DNA of 64,000 nucleotides from Leucoraja erinacea (Eukaryota): NCBI RefSeq assembly GCF_028641065.1, contig NC_073401.1, positions 24,366,001 to 24,430,000 of the forward strand, read 5' to 3'. Shown piece by piece: positions 12,058 to 22,900 of this stretch (position 1 is its first letter; each line of letters starts with the position of its first letter). The notes under the pieces were generated by a model. It saw only the letters and a program-made list of their open reading frames with translations, ran no database searches and was not told where the DNA came from. The position numbers and the translations under genes were made by a program.

Positions 12058-12902
12058 ACAACATGCACAGTACGCCAATCCTCCGGCACTATTCCCGTTT
12101 CTAATGACATTTGAAATATTTCTGTCATAGCCCCTGCTATTTCTACACTAACTTCCCTCAATGTCCAAGGGAATATCGTGTCCGGACCTGGAGACTTATC
12201 CACTTTTATATTTCTCAAAAGTGTCAGTATTTCCTCTTCTTTGATCCTCATAGTTTCCATAGCTACTCTACTTGTTTCCCTTACCTCACATAATTCAATA
12301 TCCTTCTCCTTGGTGAATACCGAAGAAAAGAAACTGTTCAATATCTCCCCCATCTCTTTTGGCTCTGCAGATAGTTGTCCACTCTGACTCTCTAATGGAC
12401 CAATTTTATCCCTCGTTATCCTTTTGCTATTAATATAGCGGTAGAAACCCTTCGGATTTACTTTTACCTTACTTGCCAAAGCAACCCCATATCTTCTTTT
12501 AGCTTTTCTAATTTCTTTCTTAAGATTCTTTTTACATTCTTTATACTCCTCAAGCACTTCATTTACTCCATGCTGCCTATAATTATTGTAGATCTCCCTC
12601 TTTTTCCGAACCAAGTGTCCAATTTCCCTTGAAAACCATGGCTCTTTACAATTTTTATGATTTCCTTTCAACCGAACAGGGACATAAAGATTCTGTACTC
12701 TTAAAATTTCACCTTTAAATGTACTCCATTTCTCTTCCACATCTTTCCCATAAAACAAACTGTCCCAATTTACTCCTTTTAAATCCTTTCGCATCTCCTC
12801 AAAGTTAGCCTTTCTCCAATCAAAAATCTCAACCCTAGGTCCAGTTTTGTCCCTCTCCATAATTATATTGAAACTAATGGTATTGTGATCACTGGACCCG
12901 AA
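12058..12902 (-). mobile_element. Internal CR1 ORF2 fragment at the duplication/inversion junction
   Basis: ORF 12033-12860 closely resembles the ~2115-2960 segment of the upstream CR1; lacks both element ends. Confidence 0.9.
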
Positions 12903-13389
12903 CTGTGATCACAATACTGTTTGACACAAGAGTGAGATACAAGAAATGAGACACCATGCAACCTTGAACATGCTCAAATCATTTTAATAGATTATAGAAA
13001 ATACACGACCACCACCTTCGTTAACTGAGCCACATACAATGTCATTAAGAATGACCATTAGATACGATCATTGCAGGATTTAGTAGTGACAGCATTAATT
13101 AGAAGAAAGCCCTGGACTGAGGGTGTGAACATCCCAATAGGATGTAAACCTGGATTTTCAATAGGATTCCCAAATGCTGCTGCATTCATATTTTGGAGAG
13201 GGAGTGAGGATATTGGACACGGATAATTGCACATTTTGGTTATGAACGTTATGGGAAGAGACACAAACCAGAATTAGCTTTCACTGCAGGGAGATTGAAG
13301 CGATCCAGTCTTGAGCATCATGAGTGACACAGATAGTGAAAGACGGTGAGAACGGGATAAGGAGTGTTGGATTTAAATGAGATTACTGA

Positions 13390-14578
13390 TTACATTAACG
13401 TAGCAAATAAGGAACAGGTGTACTTGTAGCCCACAGCTTTGGGGTTATTAAAATTTTTGCAGCCGATTTTCTTAGCCTCGTCATAACATTTGTCGTGTGT
13501 CTGACAGCACCTGCAAGAACATGGGTCATGTCAGGTAGGAAACACTGCAACCATAATCAACACAACACTTTGACTGATGGTTTGCAGCAGCACAAACATC
13601 ATATGCAGCAAAATAGTCCCGAGGTGATCAGAGCGGAACCAGCCTGAGCAGGTTTGAGATCCACATTGGACCTGTGGGCGGTGGGGTGGGAGACTCATTG
13701 TGGGATGGGAATGCGTGCAACCAGGAGCTGCCTGAAGTCAGGCAGGAACAGTGAGGGCGGCACGGTGGCGCAGCGGTAGAGTTGCTGTTACCCGGGTTCA
13801 ATCCAGACCTCTGTCATATCTGTGTGGAGTTTGCATGTTCTCCCTGTGACCCAATGAATTTCCTCAGGTGCTAAACTCAGGTGCTCCAGTTTCTCCCCCC
13901 ATACCCCAAAGACGTGTGGGTTTGTAGGTTAATTGTGCTCTGTAAATTACCCCTTGTGTGTCGGGACTGTGACTAGTGTGAACGATGGTTGGCATGGACC
14001 CGATGGGCCAAATGGCCTGTTTCCATGCTGTATCTGTAAACTAGAATGGCTCCAAACCCTAGGTGACAATAAGTCAGTGGCACCCAAGAATATTTCATAA
14101 AACATACATTTCACAGCTCATGGGAAAATCTATTGGGATATTCTGAATGTGAAGAATGAACGGCCTGCAGTGAAGGTTCAATCCTGCAGCTTCAGTAAAT
14201 GGAGACGAACAATTGTCTGGGCCAGAGCCAGCCCTGGCCTGCAATGTGTGGGACACGGCTCCAGACAGACCTCTGCATCGACCCACCTGTCCAGATCATC
14301 CACCGGTTTCCCCTGTCCACCAAGCCCGCAGTAACATCCGTAGTTGTTGAACGTTAAAAGTGGGATGCTCCCTGGGATGGCACACTTAATCAACTTGTTG
14401 AACTGCAAGAGGCTTCTGGGCTGAAGGGACTCAGTGTCACCGCCAGCTACACCAGGGGGGAGACAACCTGACAGAAACAAACATGTTAGAACATCAAGCG
14501 AGCAACATCCAAGGCAAGGCTGAGGCGGGGGAGAGACTCGTTACCTGGGAGCAGAAGTACCAGAAGTAGCCCCAACAT
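13390..14578 (-). pseudogene. PLA2G1B: PLA2 copy B, truncated; complement(join(13390..13510,14287..14446,14545..14578)), 104 aa
   Basis: [22 protein letters not shown]|[76 protein letters not shown] then LFATLM*; exon 3 is fused directly to 3'UTR sequence, exon 4 (D99) absent. Confidence 0.88.
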
Positions 14579-14632
14579 CTTCGTTTGCTGTGTCTAGTCC
14601 TGGAATCAATACTCTGAATGCTCAGCCCATGC

Positions 14633-14640
14633 TTTTTATA
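14633..14640 (-). promoter_or_regulatory. TATA box of PLA2 copy B
   Basis: TATAAAAA on - strand in the same context as copy A. Confidence 0.75.
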
Positions 14641-16036
14641 GTCAGCCTCGACCAACGTCCAGGTTCAGACCCCTGGAGCACGTCATGGCATCTGTTAATG
14701 TGGATAAGATAAAGGCTAAACTTCCGTTGATACAGCTGGAGTAAAATTTGAATTGGGGGGGGGGGGTGAACTTGACTTGACTTGAGTTTGACTGGGCTGG
14801 AGAAAACAAACTGCTCCGGACAGCTTGGAAATGGCGTAGTAGAGGTCAGGCTACACCTTGGCCGTGACGCTGTCCATAGTCAGATGGTCGTTAGTCAGTC
14901 TGAATTCTCAATTCTCAATTCTCGTTAGAGAATTATTGCAAAGTTGACCAAACTTTCATCATGAAGCAACAACACTGGTTTTATTAGATATGATTAATTT
15001 GCAGGAGTGATCACTGGTGGAAGAGCAATATATTTTGCTGCACAGAAATTCAATTTGGGCTTATTTTCACTCAATAGCCACTAAAATGGATGTTAATGTT
15101 TAAGAAAGAACTGCAGATGCTGGAAAATTCGAAGGATGTTAATGTTCCCAGGACAGAAAGGTCAGTGTGGGAGTGGGAGGGGGGAGTTTGTGCTTCACAG
15201 CTGCTGCATGGTTCCATGGATGTTGGATGTGCCGACCAGCAATCCCCGCACACTAACATTATCCTACACACACTAGGGTCAATTTACAATTATGCCAAGA
15301 TGATTAAGCGACAAATTTGTACTGAAATACAAATAAAGACTTTAAACCCAAGCACCCAGTGAATTAGAATTGATGAGGGAACATTAACATCCATCTGAAG
15401 AAGGGTCTCGACCCGAAACATCGCTTAGCTCCATAGATACTGCCTCACTTACTGCGTTTCGCCAGCATTTTTGTCTACCTTCATATTTTCCAGCATCTGC
15501 AGTTCTTTCTTAAACATTAACATCCATTTTAGTGTTCCAATGTTCTATTTGCAATGTTCTAATTGTAAAATAACTCCCACTTTCATAAATGTGTGCATGC
15601 ATATATCTGTCGTTTATTGCTAGTCGACACTCCGGGCACGCAAGGGGTAATCCACCTTCTAAAATTGAAGGCCAAAAGGAAAGAGACAACTGCGGTATTC
15701 TTCTCTCTATGAGGGTTGTCTACAGATCCACGTCCACCTGCCCAATCCAGCGCCTCCTTCATGGAAGCCCAGACTGACTAACGACCATGAGACTGTGCAC
15801 AGCGTCACGGCCAAGGTGTAGCCTGACCTCTACTACGCCATTTCCAAGCTGTCCGGAGCAGTTTGTTTTCTCCAGCCCAGTCAAACTCAAGTCAAGTCAA
15901 GTTCACCCCCCCCCCCCCCCCCAAGTCAAATTTGACTCCAGCTGTATCAACGGAAGTTTAGCCTTTATCTTATCCACATTAACAGATGCCATGACGTGAT
16001 CCAGGGGTCTGAACCTGGACGTTGGTCGAGGCTGAC

Positions 16037-16044
16037 TATAAAAA
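16037..16044 (+). promoter_or_regulatory. TATA box of PLA2 copy C
   Basis: TATAAAAA upstream of ATG 16099. Confidence 0.75.
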
Positions 16045-16098
16045 GCATGGGCTGAGCATTCAGAGTATTGATTCCAGGACTAGACACAGCAAACGAAG

Positions 16099-16132
16099 AT
16101 GTTGGGGCTACTTCTGGTACTTCTGCTCCCAG
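16099..16132 (+). CDS. PLA2G1B: PLA2 copy C exon 1
   Basis: Identical to copy A exon 1. Confidence 0.9.
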
Positions 16133-18427
16133 GTAACGAGTCTCTCCCCCGCCTCAGCCTTGCCTTGGATGTTGCTTGCTTGATGTTCTAACGTGTTTGT
16201 TTCTGTCAGGTTGCCTCCCCCCTGGTGTAGCCGGCGGTGACACTGAGTCCCTTCAGCCCAGAAACCTCGTGCAGTTCAGCAATATTATTAAGTGCGTCAT
16301 CCCAGGGAGCCACCCACTTATAACCTTCAACAACTACGGATGTTACTGCGGGCCTGGTGGACACGGGGAACCGGTGGATGATCTGGACAGGTGGGTCGAT
16401 GCAGAGGTCTGTCTGGAGCCGGGTCACACACATTGCAGGCCAGGGCTGGCTCTGGCCCAGACAATTGTTCGTCTCCATTTACTGAAGCTGCAGGATTGAA
16501 CCTTCACTGCAGGCCGTTCATTCTTCACATTCAGAATATTCCAATAGATTTTCCCATGAGCTGTGAAATGTATGTTTTATGAAATATTCTTGGGTGCCAC
16601 TGACTTATATTGTCGCGTAGGGGTTGGAGCCATTCTAGTTTACAGATACAGCATGGAAACAGGCCATTTGGCCCATCGGGTCCATGCCAACCATCGTTCA
16701 CACTAGTCACAGTCCCGACACACAAGGGGTAGCAATGTTACAAAATTTTGAGATTTAAAAAATCAAGTCTGCAATTTTATCCCATCAGATAAAGCATAAC
16801 AATAAGTTTAATTTGACACCTAATTCACTTTCATATCTCAAGTAATAAAAAAGTTTTGGCCATTTTCATACACGGAAATTAGCATCTTGTTCCCTATTGA
16901 TTTTCTATGGACATAACAAAAAAGCTGTGATCGTGGACAGTCAAAAGCCCATAACCTTCTTAATAATTAAGAGAACTGAATGAAATTTTCAGTTATCATA
17001 GATTGAAGCATTCTGAAACAAATATAAAATAATCTTACTTGGATGACCTGAAATTAAAGCATATAATTAGTTAGTTACCCAATTGTAGCTAATTTCAAAC
17101 TTCAATTACTAGTTCTAAACATCTATCCATTTCTTAATGAATGATTAACATTTTTAAATAGCCCAAGTGTCCAAATAATATTCACAAATAACTCACAATA
17201 AAACATGATTTTTAAATCTCATTTACATCAATTTATAGGCCAAATGGAAGGAATTTAGTGTTCAATTGCTGCAAATTAAAGTCCATTTAAATCGGCTTTC
17301 TAGTGGGTTCCTGTGAACGCGCTGGTTTAGAACGTTCACATTGCGCTGGATTTGTGCCCTCAAATGCCCAGAAAAATACTGCGGGATATAAAGAGCCCAA
17401 AATGAACTACTCGCTATAGAAAACTTTATATGCAGGGTTATATACAAGCCCCATTTAATGTAAAAATAAGGTACATACCTTTAATTGTTTGCTTTATAAA
17501 ACCCTGGGGCTGCGAGAGGTTGCGGATTGAGAGAGTGATTTTTAAACTACTATGAATATTATACAAGGCCATAAAAACTAATAATACCTTTTGCGACGGG
17601 GTCTTCCAGCGATTTTCCGTTAATGATTTACTAGGCTGAACATTTTCGATTGGAACAGCCTAGTAAAAATCGTGTTTTAAACCCGCCCCCTCTAAACAGC
17701 GCCAAAATCGCGCACACGGGGTAGGGCAGATGCTCAGACACGATTCAGGTAGGTTTTGTAACATACCTACAAGGGGTAATTTACAGAGCACAATTAACCT
17801 ACAAACCCACACGTCTTTGGGGTATGGGGTGGAAACTGGAGCACCTGAGTTTAGCACCTGAGGAAACTCATTGGGTCACAGGGAGAACGTGCAAACTCCA
17901 CACAGATATGACCTGAGGTCTGGATTGAACCCGGGTAACTGGCGCTGTCAGGCAGCAACTCTACCGCTGCGCCTCCGCTCTGATCACCTCGGGACTATTT
18001 TGCTGCATGTGATGTTTGTGCTGCTGCAAACCATCAGTGTTGTGTTGATCATGGTTGCAGTGTTTCCTACCTGACATGACCCATGTTCTCGCAGGTGCTG
18101 TCAGACACACGACAAATGTTATGGCGCGGCTGCGGAAATGGGCTGCACATTTAGCGAAGGTCCCGCACTTGTGCTCTACAAGTACACCTGTTCAGAAAAG
18201 ACCGTCACTTGCGACTGTGAGTATGGTCCAGGAGAGGTTTGGAAAATTATTGTCTTCACAATCCATGGGCAATATGTTCTAAATAATGTGTTTTCTGTTT
18301 CTTTTCAGGTAACAATTATAAATGTGCGAAGTTTGTCTGTGAATGTGATCGCAATGCGGCCGCTTGCTTCGCCAACGCACAACCCACGTACAATCCAAAA
18401 TACAAGTTTATGCGGAAATGTAAATAG
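16099..18427 (+). CDS. PLA2G1B: Group IB secreted phospholipase A2, copy C (144 aa, 15 Cys); join(16099..16132,16231..16390,18095..18216,18309..18427)
   Basis: Exons 34/160/122/119 nt, GT-AG; mature [122 protein letters not shown]; H48/D49/D99 intact. Paralogue (PLA2G1B-like). Confidence 0.93.
16231..16390 (+). CDS. PLA2G1B: PLA2 copy C exon 2
   Basis: YGCYCGPGG Ca loop; canonical splice sites. Confidence 0.92.
16731..17768. mobile_element. Non-autonomous DNA transposon (~1.04 kb, AT-rich) in copy C intron 2
   Basis: Imperfect TIRs AGCAATGTTACAAAA / TTTTGTAACATACCT; 9-bp TSD ACAAGGGGT; empty site seen in copy B (~13945-13960). Confidence 0.85.
18095..18216 (+). CDS. PLA2G1B: PLA2 copy C exon 3
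   Basis: CCQTHDKCY; ctcgcag|G...GAC T|gtgagt. Confidence 0.93.
18309..18427 (+). CDS. PLA2G1B: PLA2 copy C exon 4 (coding part)
   Basis: CECDRNAAACF...KCK*. Confidence 0.92.
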
Positions 18428-20249
18428 GGCCTCAACGTGTCCCTGCGTTTACGAGTCTCCTCGACTCTGTGGGGAATACTTGCCTTACAGGTTGCATCCT
18501 GCAGTTTGCTTCCAGCAACTCGAGGGACCATTGATCGATCTCCTTATTTGCTACGTTAATGTAATCAGTAATCTCATTTAAATCCAACACTCCTTATCCC
18601 GTTCTCACCGTCTTTCACTATCTGTGCCACTCATGAAGCTAAAGACTGGATCGCTTCAATCTCCCTGCAGTGAAAGCTAATTCTGGTTTGTGTCTCTTCC
18701 CATAACGTTCATAACCAAAATGTGCAATTATCCGTGTCCAATATCCTCACTCCCTCTCCAAAATATGAATGTAGCAGCATTTGGGAATCCTATTGAAAAT
18801 CCAGGTTTACATCCTATTGGGATGTTCACACCCACAGTCCAGGGCTTTCTTCTAATTAATGCTGTCACTACTAAATCCTGCAATGATCGTATCTAATGGT
18901 CATTCTTAATGACATTGTCTGTGGCTCAGTTAACGAAGGTGGTGGTCGTGTATTTTCTATAATCTATTAAAATGATTTGAGCATGTTCAAGGTTGCATGG
19001 TGTCTCATTTCTTGTGTCTCACTCTTGTGTCAAACCACAAATGTCACAGCAAGAAAGAACCGTCAAAGCAAGTATGGGCTGGGACTGCTCTTGGATCTTC
19101 TCCATTCAACTGGCAAACATAACCTGTACCTGACAGGACACCAAGCGCTGGAGTAACTAATTGAGTCGTTGCATCTCTGTGATAAGTGACATTTTGGGTC
19201 GGGATTCTTAGTTGAGTTAAGATTAGTTTAGTTTAGGTTAGACTCTAAACTTTAGAGATGGAACGTGGAAACAGGCCCTTTAACCCACAAAGTCCACGCT
19301 GACCAGTGATCACCGCACACTATCCCACACCCAAGGGGCAATTTACGGAAGCCAATTAACCAGCTGGACTAAACCAGCATCTGCAGTTTCTTCCTTCAAT
19401 GTACAATGGCCAATTCCTATCCTACACTCATAAGGACAATATTACTGAAACCAATTAACCTAAAGACTCTGCACATCAACTGGAGCACCAGGAGAAATTC
19501 CACACAGTCACAGGGAGAAGGTACAAACTCCTTACAGACAGCGCCCATGGTCAGGATCAAACATGGGTCACTGGCTTGATTGATAGACCACTGGGATCTC
19601 TTCTGAGGTAGGAGTGACTTGTACAAAAGGGACGGGTTACACCTTAACTTGAGGGGGAACAACGTTCTGGCAGGCAGGTTTGCTAGTGCTACACGTGCGG
19701 GTTGAAACTAAAGTGTGGGGGTAAGGGATTGACAAATTGGGAGTATAAAGATGGAGTTGAAGGGGAAGTGAGTACAGGAAAAGTTACCAAAGAATCCAGA
19801 ATTAATGGGAAGGAAAATTAGAGAAGGGATAAGAAACTTCGAGAAGGGATAAGGGCCAAGAGTCCTGATTGCGGGAGCCCTGGTTTAAATTTACGTCGTG
19901 CTTTAATACAGGAGAGATTTTGTTCGTGGTTAAGAGATTCAGAGTTGGATTTTTCCAGTGTTTGTATTTGGTGTTTGGACCAGATTAGATCCGGAATTAA
20001 CACACCAGCCCAGTTGTGACACCAGGACAATGGCTCTTTAAGGCCAAAATAAGACTCTGCACTATTAAGAGCTTTGAAACTTGAAGGGCACAAGTTGGCA
20101 CCAGAAAGTGGCGACTATTCGTGTACTGCCTCGGTGAAGTCTACTATACTTACACCACAACCATCGCACTTTTTGTTCATCTATGCCTGGTCTTATCCAT
20201 ACTGCTGTATGATATTATCACGTTGTACGCAATACAAAACATTTCACTG

Positions 20250-21195
20250 TAGATCAGTCACGCATGATTTCCCATTCGTAAATCCATGCTGACTCGGACC
20301 GATCCTGTTACTGCTATCCAAATGTGCCGGTATTTCATCTTTTATGATTGACTCCCGCATCTTCCCCACCACCGATGTCAGGCTAACTGATCTGTTGTTC
20401 CCTGTTTTCTCTCTCCCGCCTTTCTTAAAAAGTGGGATTACATTAGCTACCCTCCAATCCACAGGAACTAATCCTGAATCTATATAACATTGGAAAATGA
20501 TCACCAATGCGTCTGCAATTTCTAGAGCCACTTCCTTAAGTACCCTGGGATGCAGACCATCAGGCCCTGGGGATTTATCAGCCTTCAATCCCATCAGTCA
20601 ACTAAACACCATTTTCTGCCTAATGTGGATTTCCTTCAGTTCCTCCATCACCCCACATATTCTGGTCACTAGTACATCAGGGAGATTGTTTGTGTCCTCC
20701 TTAGTGAAGACGGATCCAAAGTACCTGTTCAACTCATCTGCCATTTCCTTGTTCCACATAATAAATTCACCTTTTTCAGTCTTCAAGGGCCCAACATTGG
20801 TCTTAACTAATTTTTTCCTTTTCACATACCTAAAGAAGCTTTTACTGTCCTCCTTTATATTCTTGGCTAGCTTACCTTCCTACCTCATCCTTTCTCCCTG
20901 TGTTGTCTTTTTAGTTATCTTCTGTTCCTCTTTAAACATTACCCGATCCTCTTGCTTCCTGCTCATCTTTGCTACGTTGTACTTCTTCTCTTTTATTTTT
21001 ATACCGTCCCTGACGCCCCTTATCAGCCACGGTCGCCCCTTACTCCCCTTGGAATCTTTCTTCCTCTTTGGACTGAACTGATCCTGCACCTTCTGTGTTA
21101 TTCCTAGAAATACCTGCCATTGTTGTTCCACTGTCATCCCTGCTAGGGTATCTTTCCAGTCAACTTTGGCCAGCTCCTCCCTCATGGCTCCATAG
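20250..21195 (-). mobile_element. CR1 ORF2 internal fragment (duplicate of 9566-10510)
   Basis: Near-identical ORFs. Confidence 0.9.
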
Positions 21196-21522
21196 CGCAT
21201 CTTTGAAATGTGGGAGGAAACCGGGGCACCCGGAGGAAACCCATGCGGACGCAGGGAGAACGTGCAAACTCCACCCAGACAGCACCTGAGGTCAGGATCG
21301 AACCTGTGTCTCTGGCACTGTGAGGCAGTGGCACTACCTACTGTGCCACTATGCTAGCCTACGTATACTGTGTATGCTGAGCGGCACTGGGTGTGCAGAA
21401 TAGGATTAGATGGGAGACTCGGGCAGAGTAGTTCGAGGTAGTTTAGTGTATGGTGATATGTACTGAGGTACAGTGAAATCTTTTGTTGCATGCTAACCAG
21501 TCAGCAGAAAGACTGCACATGA

Positions 21523-21941
21523 AACATAGAAACATAGAAATTAGGTGCAGGAGTAGGCCATTCGGCCCTTCGAGCCTGCACCGCCATTCAACATGATCAT
21601 GGCTGATCATCCAACTCAGTATCCCGACCTGCCTTCTCTCCATACCCTCTGATCCCCTTAGCCACAAGGGCCACATCTAACTCCCTCTTAAATATAGCCA
21701 ATGAACTGGCCTCAACTACCCTCTGTGGCAGAGAGTTCCAGAGATTCACCACTCTCTGTGTGAAAAAAGTTCTTCTCATCTCGGTTTTAAAGGATTTCCC
21801 CTTATCCTTAAGCTGTGACCCCTTGTCCTGGACTTCCCTAACATCGGGAACAATCTTCCTGCATCTAGCCTGTCCAACCCCTTAAGAATTTTGTAAGTTT
21901 CTATAAGATCCCCTCTCAATCTTCTAAATTCTAGAGAGTGA
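21523..21941 (-). mobile_element. 5'-truncated CR1 3' end, unit-2-specific insertion
   Basis: (TTTCTATG)n tail; TSD GCACATGA at 21515-21522 and 21942-21949; empty site at ~10832. Confidence 0.9.
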
Positions 21942-21949
21942 GCACATGA

Positions 21950-22900
21950 GCACAATACAACAGTACAATGCAATAGAACTTTATTCATCCCAGGAGGGAA
22001 ATTGATCTGCCAACTGTCATAAAACACAAAATACATGAAACATGAAATTAAAGTGACGAGTGGAAAGGATTGGGGATGTGCAAAGATTGGGGGGGGGGGG
22101 GGGGGGGGGGGGGGAGGGGAGTCAGTATACCCCACGACTGAAGCGGGAGAAGTTGTACAGTTTGATAGCCACAGGGAAGAAGGATCTCCTGTGGCATTCT
22201 GTGCTGCATCTTGGTGGAACCAGTCTGTTGCTGAAGGTGCTCCTCAGGTTGACCAGTGTGTCATGGAGGGGATGGGCTGTATTGTCCAGGATGCGTCCGC
22301 AGCCTTCGCCCTGCTGCCCCAGCACACAGCAGCGAAGAAGATGGCACTGGCTACCACCGGTTGGTAGAACATCTGCAGCATCTCACTGCAGACGTTGAGG
22401 GAGCAGAGCCTTCTCAAACAGTACGGCCGGCTCTGTCCCTTCTTGTACAGGGCCTCAGCGTGCCTGGACCAGTCCAGTTTACTGTCCAGGTACACTCCCA
22501 GGTATTTGTACTCCCTGGTAAACTGAACATCCACACCACGGATGGAGACAGGGGACAGGGGTGCTCCTCCCCTCCTAAAGTCCACCACCGTTAACCCCTT
22601 AGTCTTGTCGGTGTTGAGCTGTAGGTGATTCAGCCCACACCACGCGACAAAGCCGTTGACTACACCTCTGTATTCAGCTTCCCTCCCATCACTGATGCAG
22701 CCCACAATTGCAGAGTCATCTGAAAACGTGTGCAGGTGGGAGGAGTCCGAGTTGTATCCGGTCCACAGTCGGGCCGTCCACAGTGTACAGATACATGACG
22801 AAGGGAGTATTGCGTGTGGTAGGTCAGTAGATCCACTGCCCGCCTCACCCCTGCTCCCGAGGGCAACGGTGAACCTCAGCCACACGGGGTCAAACATCTA
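21950..22900 (-). mobile_element. Rex1/Babar-like LINE 3' fragment (duplicate of 10842-11760)
   Basis: FSDDSAIVGCI, EYKYLGVYLDSKLDW. Confidence 0.8.

Larger units (their letters stand above)
12919..15150 (-). repeat. Inverted duplicate of the PLA2 unit (carries copy B)
   Basis: Reverse complement matches 5761-8349 and the region from 15376 onward, with internal deletions. Confidence 0.9.
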
